Positions 1 to 14,139 of a DNA stretch of 64,000 nt are shown piece after piece. The position numbers were made by a program, and so were the translations under genes. How positions within the stretch are numbered: the first letter of the stretch is position 1; each line of letters starts with the position of its first letter. The stretch comes from Heteronotia binoei (lineage: Eukaryota), in contig NC_083230.1 in the NCBI RefSeq assembly GCF_032191835.1, forward strand, positions 84,382,001 to 84,446,000. Reading direction: 5' to 3'. Below the pieces are notes generated by a model, which saw nothing but the letters and a program-made list of their open reading frames with translations, was not told the origin of the DNA and did not search any database.

Positions 1-390
1 CCCTTGCACTTTGAAAGATTGAGGGTACTTTATGAACCAAAACAGTTTAAAAGCCAGTCCAAGTTTGTTTTGTAGATGTAGCCTTGCTCCTATCCTGAGA
101 ATGTGTTCAGAGCCTCTCACCCCATTCTTTCAACCTGTATCTTCCTACTGAAATGGTAAAAGAGTCATGATAATCTTGTATCTAAAACATCAAGAATGGA
201 TAGTGACACTTCACTAATGAAAATGCTGTGGATGTTCTGTTTTTAGGTAATAGATACCAAATACAGTGATAATTTCAGAGATGATAGCTTCTTGTAGTAA
301 AATCAAACAGAAACCTAGTGACATCTTAAAGCGTATTTTAGCATAAGCTTTCATGAGTCAATTTATATGAGCAGCCTTGCTGGATCAAAC

Positions 391-607
391 GGGACGGTGG
401 CTCAGTGGTAGAGCATCTGCTTGGGAAGCAGAAAGTCCCAGGTTCAATCCCCGGCATCTCCAACTAAAAAGGGTCCAAGCAAATAGGTGTGAAAAAACCT
501 CAGCTTGAGACCCTGGAGAGCCGCTGCCAGTCTGAGAAGACAATACTGACTTTGATGGACCGAGGGTCTGATTCAGTATAAGGCAGCTTCATATGTTCAT
601 ATGTTCA
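391..607 (+). mobile_element. tRNA-derived SINE with (ATGTTC)n tail, inserted into an old CR1 3' remnant (~360-830)
   Basis: A box GTGGCTCAGTGG, B box GGTTCAATCC, tail catatgttcatatgttca; near-identical copy at 15270-15477 (-). Confidence 0.85.
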
Positions 608-1783
608 AACCAGCAGTCCATCTAGTCCAACGTCTGTCTCACACAGTAGCCAGCAACAGGGCATAGAGGCTGAGGCCTTCCCCCATGTTGCCTCCTACCC
701 CTGGCATTCAGAAGCATCCTGCCTCTAAATAAGGAGGCCCCTTTTAGTCACCATAGTGAGTAGCCACTGGCAGAACTATCATCCATGATTGTTTAATTCC
801 CCTTTAAAGACCTTTCAAAGCATCTGAGAAAGTTAGTTTATATTCACAAACACTTATGCTGGAACACATGTTAGCCTTTAAGGAGCCAATAGGATTCTGC
901 TTATTAGAACAGTAATAATATAACTTCAGTTAACAATGGAAGATCCATTATTAGTAATGAGCATCTCAGGAAAAACACGAAGGGACAGTACAGACAATTT
1001 CAGGATTTGCAGTATATTTTCCCCCTATGCCATTGGCAGAAAGAATCGTCCAAAGTATCTGTACTATAACTTCAATACTCCTTTACTCATGACAAAATAG
1101 CTATTACAATGGAGGGGGGAAGAACAGAAAGGAATCACGAGTAAAGCATAGGCAGGACCAAGTTTAGGATATGTGCTTTATGCAAGTGCTGAACTTTGCT
1201 CTCTACAGCTTCTTCAGCCAATATATATTCCATTATTATTTGTCTTGTCTTCTGGCATTATCATTAGAGTTGTGGCTAGAGACAACATTTCTAAAAAATC
1301 TGAAGCCATAGAAAACATAAATGGGGGTGGGGGGATACATCTGATATTTTCACATAAAAGGCACCATTTTAATGTAGCATATACAATTGAATTGTTTGCA
1401 TATGTATGGAATGTAAAGATACAAATGTTTCCGAATTCTACAAGCAAAACTCAAAAAGTCAGAGCCAGCTGCATATTTCTGTACCCAGTGGTGTTTTAGC
1501 ACATATAGCTTAGTTTGTGCTATCTGAGAAATAAGAACACAGAAGGCAATGTACATAGTAAACAAAGGATAGTGTATTATTTGCACAAAACAGTCTCACA
1601 TAGGCCTATTATGCATGCACATCTTATTGCCCATTTTCAGAGCAGCAAGCCTTTAATCTTGACTTCAGATTCTGTGCCTGCTTTATGCACCATTTTTCCT
1701 CCAGTGTATTTATTCTGTAGCTATAATTAAAAATATTGCACTTTTCTAAATCAGGGTGGAACATCACTTGTGACGTGTGGGGG

Positions 1784-2283
1784 TAGGGTTGCCAATCCCC
1801 AGGTGGGGGCAGGGGATCCTCCGGTTTGGAGGCCCTCCCCCCCGATTCAGGGTAAACAGAAAGGGGGGGGGAGGGGAGGGAAATGTCTGCTGGGAACTCA
1901 TGATTCCCTAAGGAGGCTTATTCCCATAGAAAATAATGGAGAATTGATCTGCGGGTATCTGGGGCTCTGTTTTTTGAGGTAGAGGCACCAGATTTTCCGG
2001 ATGGCATCCAGTGGCTCTCCCCAATATACTCCCTAAGTTTCAAAAAGATTGGACCTGGGGGTCCAATTCTATGAGCCCCCAAAGAAGGTGCCCCTATCCT
2101 TCATTATTTCCTACGGAAGGAAGGCATTTAAAAGGTGTGCGGTCCCTTGAAATGTGATGGCCAGAACTTCCTTTGGAATTCAATTATGCTTGTCACACCC
2201 TTGCTCCCGGCTCCACCCCCAATGTCTCCAGGTTCCACCCCCAAAGTCCCCAGATATTTCTTTAATTGGACTTGGCAACCCTA
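1784..2283. mobile_element. hAT-type MITE
   Basis: TIRs TAGGGTTGCCAA / TTGGCAACCCTA, perfect 8-bp TSD TGTGGGGG; related decayed ends near 8250-8456 and 30755-30970. Confidence 0.85.
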
Positions 2284-4493
2284 TGTGGGGGAGGCATCCA
2301 GTTTTTTTTTTAAGTTTACATTGCCATATCACAGCTACACAGTAGCGTCCAAGCAAGCGCCTTCCATTTAAATCTTCATAGTACAGGTTTTACACATGCA
2401 TTTTAGTGTCAGTTTCTTGAATGAAAGGGAACAGAAAAGAAAGTAGGCAAAGGGTGAAAACCCACTGTTGAAACCGACCAGACTTTATTCTGAAAATGTC
2501 AAGGAGCTGCAAAGCCCCATTTTCCATACTGAGGAATACTAGGTGATTTTCTGCTTTATTATTAGCCACTGTGAAAAATGGGAAAGAGTCATGATCTCAT
2601 ATGGGGGAACTTGTTGAGTGTACAGAATGGACAGTAGGATCCACTGACATTGGAATTGCAGGCTGTGATCATTGGCAACGTGTGTGTGTGTCTATGCGAG
2701 CATACACATGCCTATGCAAAGTCGGTCGCAACTCCACCACACCTTGCACAAGGCTGCAATTTGTATGGTGAAGGAATCCTCTGGCAGAAGCCCTGGAGAG
2801 CTTTTTTAGTATTGTGCCACTAAATTGAGAAATTTTATTTATAAATAAATAAAAATTGAAAAACAATGGGGGTGTTTTCACTGATGCCCTAGCCCCGCTG
2901 CATAGTAACACCCATTTTCTGCCCATCTTTGCAAATTTGCATGGTTTTCTTTTTTGTGATCCTCTAATGTTATTCTGCACAGCGATCGTGAGAAGAGAGA
3001 TTACTTCATTGGAGATTCCCTCCTTCCAGTGTTCCCCCTAAACTTTCAATTTTTTCCTGTTATGGGGGCGGGGAGTTTTTAGAAAAAGCCAGCTTTTTTT
3101 CTTCCAAGTTTTTTTTTGGGGTGTGTGTGTGTGTGGCTGGACCTTGACATCTCTGGTTTACTCCCCCTGGTTGAAATTCTGATGTTATGTTTCCCAGCAC
3201 AGGGACTGTAAAGCACTATGTGTATTTATGCCCTTGCATAGAGTAATCATAAGAAAAGCTTCACCTGTTGATTCACCTGTTATGCAGCTATTCAAGAGAC
3301 AGAGCTCCTCAGTAAGGTGACAACTACCTTTCACAATAGCCATTAAGGCTTCATTTGTAGTCCTTTGCACCTCCTGCCAGAACAATTAATATCGCATTAA
3401 TACATTATTCTACTAGACCCACTGGCTCATTCCAAGTCCTCAACTGCAAACAGCACTCAATTGACTTGCTTGAAGGATTTTTTTTTCCAGGTCAGCAGGA
3501 GAAGCTACCACTTTATTAGAAGGAATGCTCAGATTACTGTAACACCAAAACCCAAAGGAACCAGGGGAGCCCAGTCAGTTGCTCTGTTTGGGCAGCTGCA
3601 TTAATGAAGATGTCACAAGACAGTGCTGCCCAAATTTCCCTCCCTCTGACTACCATCAAAGGTATGGAAGCCCTAACAGACAAAGTCTGAGTTCTTACTG
3701 CAGAGCACAAAGAAGTAAAAGCCAAAGTGAATTACAATCAGACCACATGCTAATAGAATCGTATGTGCTGAAGGGGAAAGATGATCCACGAGTGCACTGC
3801 CCAAGATTTGGAAATCATGGGTTCTGGAGCCAACAATGAGATGAGGAAGTCCACTAAACAGCACAAGTGACCACTCAGTTTAGAGAGAACACTGCAAGGG
3901 ACTATGGGCTAGAAGATAACTGCTTGCCCAATTCATCTCTTGGGCAGAATTGGATTATCTCTATTCTAGACCCAAGTCAGACTGTCTCCCAAGAAACCAC
4001 ACTGTCACTATTAAGGATTTAGTACTATACTGTGGGAACACAAGGTCAGCTAGGAGCCTGGAATGTCACTGTTGATAGTCCTTGAAGATTTAAAAATTTA
4101 GGCTGCATTTGTGGTTGTTAAAGTATTAGCTCTGCACTGCTGTAACTAATAGAACCCAATCCTTTGAAGCAAAATCATTTCTTGGCTATGTTCCAATTTC
4201 AACTTGGCCAGCTGACTTCATGACAACATCTCCTTCATAGTCCAGACTTCTGAGACCTCTCCCATATGAATGTCAATAAGCACCTCACCAACAGCTTTTG
4301 CTATACCCTCCCATCATTCTGAAGAGTTCAGACTGACCACTTACAACCTGAGCCCCAGGGAACTTGACTCTTTGTTCTTATCAGTTTAGAAATTTCTACT
4401 TTATGCACTTCCATCTGGAACACTCCGCCCGAAATAAGGCAGCTGGTGATCAAACTTCCATACCCATTACCCAATATAAAATGATAAGCTCAC

Positions 4494-4607
4494 CTGGTTA
4501 ACACGCTGATGAGCGCCAAGTGCTCGAAAGCAGTTCTGGCACCGGCTCTTGGCAAACACGTTGGCCTCAAACTTCTCACAGAGAGTATTATCTGCAATTT
4601 CTGACAT
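4494..4607 (-). CDS. TRIOBP: TRIOBP first coding exon (long-isoform N-terminus), MSEIADNTLCEKFEANVFAKSRCQNCFRALGAHQRVNQ; rest of gene lies left of the window
   Basis: 38 codons, ATG at 4607-4605 (ggaccATG), phase-0 donor CAG|GTGAG at 4493. Polypyrimidine acceptor ...cctcccctgcag| upstream (exon starts 4658). Matches recalled human TRIOBP N-terminus MEEVPGDALCEHFEANILTQNRCQNCFHPEEAHGARYQ, and lies downstream of NOL12 on the same strand as in human. Confidence 0.88.
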
Positions 4608-6839
4608 GGTCCATGCAGGGAAGGGAAGATCCCTCAGGCATGCGGTTTTAAGGGGCAACTGCAGGGGGAGGGGGGAGGAAAGCAGCAGCAACAGGATAAT
4701 TAAGACAAGACACAGGAACACCCTCAGTTGCCTTCCCAGTCTTATTTTAAAAAAGAGAGACAGGGAACAGACACTTCACATAGCCAGACATACAAGGGCA
4801 ATAGCAGGGAACAGCTTGATCTTCAATAATATCAGAGGAGCTTATTTAGGCCAGGGCTCAACCATTAATGTGGGGCATTCACACCCCACCATGTATAATT
4901 GCGCTTAACCACACGTGCTGACCCATCCAAGAGTCCACATTAGTAGTATGCACAATTGAAACACTGATTGTTGGTGTGCCAGCACAAACAAAACAGCGCA
5001 CACGGCAAGAACATTTGAACATAACTCAGTGCAATACTAACATAGCTAAATCTTTACTGGTAGACATAGCCATTTCAGTCTGTCCCATTTGCCAAAGGAA
5101 AATCAATAACTACTGCTCAGAATAGCACAGTTGATAAGGTGTAAGCCTTTGTGCTGACTGACGTGACAGTGTGATGCCAACTCCTTGCCTTGCCCGGGGA
5201 CTACTTGCTACTTCTATTGCCCCTGCTGCCCCCTCCCACAACTACCAACGGCCTTCTTTTACTCAGCTCATGCATCTGTTCAGCCTCTTTTTCCTCCAGC
5301 AGGGGACACCCCCATGAAGGCATCAGGAAAGGTGCAATGAACACAGAATTCCAAGAGAAGTTGGTTTTAGGTAAGTTTCCCACACAAAGATGCAAGCGTT
5401 CCAAGTTGGTGAGGTTATGGTCTATGGCATGGGAGACCAGAAGAAAGATCATGGTATACTAGTGGCCACTTTTTGTTGTCTGCTGGTTACAATAAATGCT
5501 GGATGATGGGACCTTGGTCTTATGTAGTAAAGAATTTTTAAAGCAAGGGTGCCTATGTAGAACAACTTAACATAAGAGGTCCTAAGTAGGTGCTCAGGAT
5601 TTATAATTTTTTTACATCACCCAGAACTGAGGTCAGCCCACCTACAGCTGTGAGGGAACATAGTTTGAGTAAAATTTGAGGCCCCTTAATTTTATCCCCA
5701 AATTTGCTACCTTCATCTTATTTCATGGTTGTTTGTGCTCACTTCGCCTGACAGTAAGCACACTGATAACATTTGCTGATTGGAAATAGATACAAGCAGG
5801 GACTACCAAACAGTCATTTGTACTAAGAAGAAACTGGTTTTCACTGCTAAGAATAAGAGCTACAGCAGATAACTGTCCTCTGTGCAAATTATCATTTGAG
5901 CATCTTTAGTGCTGCAACTCTGCTAAACACATCCAGAGTGCTTGCGTGAATCTGCTTAGCAGTTTGCTACAAACCTACATAAGGCCTTTGTCACGGTCAT
6001 CCTTGTGCCAGCTTTGTTAGGCACCGTGAACAGTAAAGATCATGTAAGGTGAAAAGACAGAAGTACATGCTAGGTCACTAAATGAATGTTACCAGCAAGG
6101 CAGCAATCAATGGCTGTTTCCATAAACATAAGGTCCGGTTTAATCACCCACAGATCCTGGCCACCCCTCCTTTGAACCTATTGACTCATAAGAACAAATA
6201 CAATAATAATACTAGAGGATTTTAAAAACTGTAACACCACCTTTGCAATGAGTTAAAACAGATTTCTCAACCGTAATTGTTTTACAGATACACAACCTCT
6301 GCATTCTCAATTGGCAAAGCTTCCCGCAATGCAAGTTTATCTGAAAGAAGTCCCTGTGCTCTCTCATTTGGCCATTTTTCAACCAAACTGCCCATAACAC
6401 TGGAAAAAGCATAGCTAGAAAGACCACACCATGCCACCTGTGAGCCCTTAACTCCAGCTTGCTCCCTCATCAATAAGAGAGACGCAATTTATTAATAAAT
6501 TACTCAGTTGCATACTCAGAAGTGTGTTTCAAATCCACAGTTCTAAAAGCCAACTGAAACAGGCTGCATTACTTCTTCCCTAGGATCAGAAAGAAGTTCT
6601 TGTACGCCACACGTGCTTTACAGACAGCATCTTCGCCTCTAAGAGTTGGAGGACTTCAGCTGTTGTTTTCCCCTTTTAAAGTGGCTGTTTTCAATTACCA
6701 TACAACACAACTGGGGATTAATTTAAAAGAAGCAGAACTATTTACAATTACTTAAGATCTCAACCACAAAAACAGGATTTTACTAAGAAGCTAAGAACAC
6801 TTTATAATTCAGGTTCTGCCTATTAATGAGGTAACACCA

Positions 6840-7500
6840 CTCTCACGTTTGCGTTTCGACAAGGGCAAGTTTCTGGTCCGTTTTTAAACTACATAAATTT
6901 CTAACAATTTAGCTCAAAGCCCAGGAAAACTATCATTTATCAAAAACACACCGGTAGAAAACAACCCCTCCCCATCACACAAACACACGTCTTTTATGTT
7001 ACAGTACCAAAGATATCGCTCTAGCTTCGGAGCGCTCCCACCGCTGCCTTCTTTCCTTTTAATTTTTTTAAAACAATGAATACAAACTTTCCCCGGGGAG
7101 GGGAACCAAGGCCACACCCACCAGCCTCGTTTTAATTGGCTAAGCGGACACTTTTATTTGAATGCTGAGTCTTGAGTGGCTGTGTGGGAAAGGGGTGGAC
7201 TGGTTTGGTGGCGAATGAAACCTCGGGAACGCGGATTACGATTGGAACTTTTGAGAGGCGAATCTGTTCTTTTTATATAATTAACTCGATGCCTTTTCCT
7301 CTCATGTTTTGTAACCCACGTTGCAGTGACACTTGATGTGCGATTGATTCCCCGCTCCCCTTCTAGTATTAAGCCTGCGTGCCAAGGCAATGTTTTCCTG
7401 ATGTGTCTTAATGATGAGAAGGGAGGGAAACGAGGAGGACACCAAAAGGCGAGCATGTGTGCTAGCTCTATTCAGTGAATCGCTTCTCTTCTGCGAGCAC
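6840..7500 (-). promoter_or_regulatory. Weak CpG-enriched region, candidate TRIOBP promoter / non-coding exon 1
   Basis: Local CpG excess, CCAAT-like motifs (attggc ~7135, gattgg ~7238), TATAAAAA on - strand at 7270-7277; 2.3-2.9 kb upstream of the TRIOBP acceptor at 4658. Confidence 0.4.
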
Positions 7501-9417
7501 GGAAACCCTGCCTCCCCCTCCCCGGGTTAACTTCTCCGGGTTTTCCTCTACTATCCATTTTGCCCTTGGAGTGGTCCCTAGCTCAAAGATTATTGTAAAG
7601 TCCAGCCACCCTAGGCACGTTTTCTATACAGTAGAGGAAACTTTTCAATGGGAACAAAGTTTGGGTGGAGCTTGGTAGAGTTGCCGATAACCTGGCGGGC
7701 GGGGGATGGGAGTGTCTGGCTGCTTAACAGGGGCTTAATGTGTGGAAATGGGCAATTGAAGCCTTTTCATGGCAGGGGAGTAAATAGCTTCAGCTGGTAA
7801 ATGACATCCCGATTAAGTCGCTGTTAAGGGGGCATATTGTCTCCAGATTGTTGGCAAACCAATGAGATAGGCATAGAAGCTTTAATACAGATTGGTTCTC
7901 ATGTGCTTAGTTTTAAGAAACAAAGATAAAAAGTAGAACTGAATCTTTGTCACCCTCCCCTTCTGCTATTTTCTTTTTTCTGTCTGTAAATAGGGTTCCC
8001 AACAGCCTGGATGGGGGTGTGGGGGAGGGAAGCATGTTATGGTCTTAACAGAAGAACATAGAAAGAGCCCTGTTGGATAAGACCACTGGTCCAGCATCCT
8101 GCCTCACACAGTGGCCAACCAGAGGACATAGAGGCCAAGCTCCTCCCCTGATATTGCCTCCCAAGGCCAGCACTGATACCCAAGAGATTTACATAATCTT
8201 ATTGTGAAGGTTTCCCTTAATCACCATGGCCAGTATAGGTTTGCCAGCTCTGAATTTGGAAATCCTTTGTGATTTGGGGGTAGAGGTGGAGTCTGGGGAG
8301 CGGAGAATTGGGGGGGGGGGGACTCAGTGGGGCATAGTGCCATAGAGTTCACCCTTCAGAGCAGCTATTTTCTGCAGGGGAGCTGATTGCTGTGCTTTGG
8401 AGATCAGTAGTAATTGTGGGAGATCTCAAGGCCCCAACTAGAGGTTGGCAACCCTAGTAGCCACTGGTGGACCTATCCTCTATAAATTTATGTAGTCCCC
8501 TTTCTAATGTACATGATATTATTTACTTGCATACCACTGAATGCTTCAGTTGCCCATTTCCACACATTAAGCCTCTATAAAAGAGACAGGGCATATTTTC
8601 TCCCTCAACGCTGTTGGTGGCCCTGCTCATACCTGCCCCCACTGGACATTAATTTACAGGTGCCTTGTTTCTGCCTCCTGCATAATACTGTACTGAAATT
8701 TACAAAATTATTGTGACTGCATGGCTGGAGTCTCTGAGCTAGGACAGAACACAGGTTGAGTCTGTGACTGGTCTGAAATCACCCAGTCAGCTTTCACAGC
8801 AAGAACCTGGGTCTGGCAGACCTTGCTCTGAAGCACTGGCTCCTATGCCATACTGGCTGTTGTAGGGGGACTGCTACTGAACAGTAGCAAGCAGCCAGGC
8901 CTAGTATAGCCAACCTCCAGGTGAAGCCTGAAGATCTCCTGGTATTACAACTGAACTCCAGACAACAAATCTCTCTCCCCCTGGTGAAAATAATTGCTTT
9001 GGAGGGTGGACTTCATGGCATTCTATTCAGCTGAGACCTCTCACTTTACTGACAGAATCAAGCTTCATTACCTAGCAACAGCCACTGCCTAGAAGCTTCC
9101 CCAATGGCTTAATCCTCATGTGTCCTGGAGCGAGACTGAGGGGAAGAGGGAGGGAGGGACAGAAAAGAAGTGGCCTCTGAGGAAACACTCCTAGCAGGGC
9201 CAGGCCTTGCTGACTAGTCACATTACCACCTTTGTTCCCTGTCTCTTTGCCGTATCCCTGCCACCTTTCTCTTTCGAATGCCACAGAGAGTGGGTAAGTA
9301 GACTCAACCAATGGAACACAATGGAACTTGAGTAGTGGTTGATGGGCCAATGGCTGATGTAGTGAGTCATGACTAGTACATTTGGGCTTTTATATTATAT
9401 AAGTGGATAGTTAAAGC

Positions 9418-9612
9418 CAGTGTTCTCTCTAAGTTGAGTTAGCATGAGCTAGCTCACAGATTTTTAGCCTCCAATTCACACATTTTTGTCTTAGCTTAGG
9501 AAGGATGACCCCCAGAGCACACTAATTTATGCAGTAGCTCCCAACTTTAATGCCAGTAGCTTACAAAGTAGAATTTTTGCTCACAAGACTCTGCAGCTTA
9601 GAGGGAACATTG
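9418..9612. mobile_element. hAT-type MITE
   Basis: TIRs CAGTGTTCTCTCTAAG / CTTAGAGGGAACATTG; TSD GTTAAAGC/GTTAAAAT. Confidence 0.7.
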
Positions 9613-10104
9613 GTTAAAATCTGTAGTGGGTGGGAAGTCCCAGGTTTTGTTAAGAGGAGGGGAAACTCCTCTGATTAATCTCCTTTACATCATCAAAATG
9701 CAAACTGGTATTTTTGAAGAAATTCAGGATCTTCTGTAAAAAAAGCTACGTGAAGCAAATACTTTTCTCATCTTTTTAAAGGATAGGTTGTCATATTTGA
9801 AACAATAAAACATGCATCTTCACATGCTGCTGGGCTGATCTCTAGATTCCACAGCAATTATTCCATTTGTAGCAGTCTTTTTGCTTTCTTAAATGCTTGA
9901 TTCCCACAGCCATCCTCCATTTCTTTACTCTCTGCCTTCCTCTGTCCTGAGCTGCTGTGACAGTACTCCCAAAATTGTGTTTCACTGATTAATACAGGAT
10001 CTCCCCACTTAGCAGGAAGTTCATTAAAACAAAATTAAGCATTGATGGTGATAGACCAGAAAAAAGTTTTTGCCTCGTGCTGCATAGCTCAGTGAAAAGG
10101 CATA

Positions 10105-10265
10105 TCATTTTCCTCTCCTCCATTTTATCCTCGCAACAACCCTGTGAGGTAGGTTAGGCTGAGGGTGTGTGTCTGGCCAAGGTCACCCAGCAAGCTACTA
10201 TGGCATAGTGGGGATTCAGACCCGGGTTTCCCAGATCCTAGTATTACATTCTAACCACTGCCACA
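10105..10265 (-). mobile_element. Old MIR/Squam3-like SINE
   Basis: CORE-like caaccctgtgaggtaggttaggctgag...aaggtcacccagc and tRNA-like head on - strand; similar decayed copies ~13490-13680 (+) and ~31830-31990 (-). Confidence 0.6.
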
Positions 10266-10369
10266 TACCAGCTTCATGCCCTTTTATTCATACCCTTATA
10301 CAAGGCTGTGGAATACTAGGCACAGTTCTTGTCATCTCATGTCAGAAGGGATATTGAACTAGAAAACGG

Positions 10370-10835
10370 CATCAAAAATGAGCATGGGAAAGCCAATGGA
10401 ATGGTAACATGATAGAAGTCTACAAAATTATGTATGGTACAGAGAAAGTGAATGGAAGCTTTTCTCCTTCTCCCATAGTAGAATTTGGGGTCAACCTTGA
10501 TATTGATCGGCAGTAGAGTTCAGACAGCACTTCACACACTGAGCAGCTGACTTGTGGAACTCACTGTCACAAGATCTGATGATTGGTACCAGCATGCATG
10601 GATTTAAAGGGAAGTTGGACAGGTTTATAGAAGGACTAGATCTATGTTCACTATCTGCTATGATATCTCAGTGGGACTTTCAGTTATCAGTTGGTGAGTA
10701 GTGATCAACAAGCGAAGGCCGCTGTTTATGTGCCCTGATTTGTGGGCTTCACCATGGCATTGGAGTGCCTACCGTTGGAAACAGGAATGATGGATTAGGT
10801 GGACTATTGGTCTGATGAAGCAAGACTGTTCTTAA
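10370..10835 (+). mobile_element. Degenerate CR1 LINE 3' fragment
   Basis: gatagaagtctacaaaattatg...gaactcactgtcacaag...ggacaggtttatagaagg...ggactattggtctgatg are CR1 3' motifs. Confidence 0.65.
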
Positions 10836-13800
10836 GGAATGGCATATGGAGACATTCTTTGGAGGGAGGGAGCAATCTTGGGCACTGCATAATCTCCCAA
10901 GGATTTGCACTGACTTACAAGAGCTATATTAGAGTACACTTTTACATGGGCAGGGAGGGAAATCTAGATACCAAAAGTGCCGGGTTTGAATGAAGCTAGC
11001 CATTCTTTCCCCTCAACACACCAGTTCCACCCGTGTTCTCCCTTATGCTATTAGAATCAGACAACATAACTCTCCGCACTTAATAACAGCAGCTACTTAA
11101 CTCCATTTATACTCTGCCTTCTCTATTGTCTTGAAACCCAACACTTCCCAAGAGATCTCCCATCCAGGCACTGGCCAGAGACCCACACCTGCTCAGCTTC
11201 AGCAATGCGGCAGTATCATATGCCCTTCATATCCCTGGGATTTAAGATTCTGCTGGCGTAACAATATCATTACACTACCGTTAACTCCACAGTGCCAGCA
11301 TAATGGATTTACACACCAGTCTTATCCCCATCTGGCTGCTGTAATTTAGGAATAGGATTGTGTCGTTTGGCACGTTCTAGTGAAACAGAATGGTGCAAAC
11401 CAGTATTAGAAATTTAATCTGGATTTTGTAAAATTCAGAATGAAGACTGCTTCATGTTGTTAGTTTCGGAGGATTACATGCTACTGGTTAAATGAAAGCG
11501 AGATTCACAGAAATCATTGTTTGGGTGCAAGGTGCTTAGATATTATTTGTTCTCACCAGGCCAGGAATGTGAGAAGACAATATTAGTTACTCAGAAGTGG
11601 GAAATCCTGTTTATCTGTGTTTTGTGTAAAGACATCCTACTTTATACCCATCCCTTTTCCATTCTCTTGCTGCATTAGGCAGAGAGAACACACCCAAAGC
11701 CAGCTAAGGACCAGGCCCTGAACTTGGTAATAACCACAGCAGCATGGGGGAAAAAAATCACTTGCAGCAAATCTAGAAATCAGCAGGCTGCATTGAAAAA
11801 CATCCATTAAATGCCACAAATCTCCTGCTTTTTGGCTTGTAGTCCATCACCAGGAGTAGCCTACATTCTTAATCCTGTGAGCTACATACCAAAATCCTTA
11901 CAGGATTTGAGAGTCACAAGACACGCACACTCTCTTGGACAAACAGCCTCCCGCATCACCATGGGCAGTTTCAAACACCCTTCTGATCACCGTTGCCACT
12001 TACAAATAGACATGCAGACTATTCCAGAAGTGGGCTGGTTATTTCAGAAAGCTGTATTAATCTCACAGCGCCTACACTGGTTTTCCCCAGCCTCACAGCA
12101 CAATTCAAAGTCCTGACTTACACGTCCAAATGCTTCTTCCATTCTGTCCCAGCAGAAGAGGGGAACTTACTGTAGACCCATGCACTGCCGACAGGAAGGA
12201 AAGTTCTGTCAGCAAGTGCCTCATTGCACTTACCACCCCTTGCGAACTCAAAGTCCAAGCCTGTTTCTGAAGCTCTGCAAGGGAATAGTATTTGAGTTGC
12301 TGGGAATAAACTGCAGGGCTGAGACCAGCTATACCTCTTTCTCCAAGGAACTGACAGCACATTATTCTCCCACTGATCTTCAACAACAGCATGGTGCAGA
12401 ACCATACCAATCTTTCACCCAGCCCAAACACCCTCAACTTTATTGGCTGGTGCAAGACCCAACATTCTAGGGCAGGGGTAGGCAACTAGCAGCTTGGACC
12501 CCAAATCCAGCCCACAGGGCCTCCTTATCAGCACTGCTCCAACACAGGCCCTGATTGCCAAACACCACCCTGAACCTATTATTTTTTCAGCACCTTTTCT
12601 CTGAGCCAAGACCCAGTCAAAGGGCTCTAACCCCCACCCTGCTGTGGGTGAATAAGAGCTCTACCACCAAAAGCAGATGCAAGGCAAGCAAGACCGAGCA
12701 GGCCCAGAGGAGGTTTAAGGAATCCTTTCTGGTTCATAGTGGAAGCTAGTCAGGGGGCACAGTAAATACTGCAGTCTCAGCAGCCCTTGCTGAATGCAAA
12801 ATATGGCCCAAAACATATTAGTTGCCAACCAGGCTATTACAGCTTTCTGAGCAGAAGTTATATAAACAACAAATTATCCTGTGACATCTGGGCAGGCTTT
12901 CCAATGATCCATACTGTCAGTTCAACCCATGCTTCTATACGTGCCATAACTGTTTTTTTAAACTGTGCCATCTCAAATTTAGGGGAGAAGCTGTGCTAAT
13001 TAAGACCAGCCTTGCAGCAGAGTCATGCAGCATCCAAGAGTTAAGTGAGACCTAATTTTAACATGTTGTTAGTTGAACAGCTGTTCAGCAGAGAACCTTT
13101 TTGGCAGATCTGCAAGCTAGAATCATTTCCCGAACAATCCAGTCTGTGCAGTTGCACAAGAGGCCGATAACAGCTGACTTTTCTAGTTCACGCATGGCTA
13201 AAGGGATCCCTGGTCAGCTGATTGCTGCTGCAGTTGTAGAGAGAGATTATGTAAATAGCAGCCCATAAGATGCTTTTAAAAAACTATCAGCTTCTGCTGG
13301 AAAAAAATACATTCTCCCTGCTCCCCAAGATTCTCATTACCAGCCCAACTCCACACAAGCAACAGATAGTCATCAAAGAAACTATAGCTTGTCCCCATAA
13401 CCTAGGGATTTCCCCACTTCTATTTTCCAAATAAAAGCCTTCACCCCCTTCTTGTTTTTGAAATTTAAGAAAGATTCAGAAACTGAGAGCCAGTGTTGTC
13501 TAGTGTTGACTTTCAGACAAGCCTCTGGGAGAGCCACGGTTCAGTTCCTGCATTGCTGTGCAAGCTTGGGCCAACCACTTTCAGCCTAACTTACCTCACT
13601 GGGTTCTTGTGTGATCAAAATGGAGGACAGTAGAACAGTGTAAATTGCTTTGGTTCCCCAGTGGGGAGAAAGGCAGGGTACTCTCCTGGTCTATATTCAG
13701 ACTTTCAGAATCTGTAGGCTTAGATAAACAACATCTCCTCCTCTCCACATGCTCTGTTTTATCAGTTTAAAGAAAAGCGGAAAAGCTTGCTCATGACTCT

Positions 13801-14139
13801 GTGATATTTTAAGGTGCTCCTAAAGAGGAGGGAGGTTTTTTGTTTTTTGCAGCCTGGGCACTTTTTAATGTGTACAGTGGTGGCCTTTGATCTGAGAAAC
13901 CTAAGATTCCAACTCATTTATGTAACAGCCTTTCTGCCTGGAACCATGAGCAAGTCTCCGAGTTCTCATTTCAAAGATATAGGAGTAGAATAAAATCTGA
14001 GGCAACATAGGATAAACATGTAAGTAATTAAGCATTTGGTCACTGGCCTGCCATAACTAATAGTAGCTGGCACTGTTTCTGACCTATCAAGTGTTAGAAG
14101 GCTCTGCAAACACTAAAAATGCACAATTTTGTTACAAAA

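Noticed and set aside
391-465. tRNA gene
   Set aside because: The tRNA-like head continues into a SINE body and tail, and a near-identical copy is at 15270-15477; the cloverleaf is imperfect.
1-4493. Second TRIOBP coding exon
   Set aside because: No phase-0 open exon with TRIOBP similarity found by eye; it probably lies beyond the window edge.
4608-4721. Signal-peptide-like start MFLCLVLIILLLLLSS of ORF 4467-4721
   Set aside because: It is mostly the translated intronic polypyrimidine tract and 5' UTR upstream of the real TRIOBP ATG.
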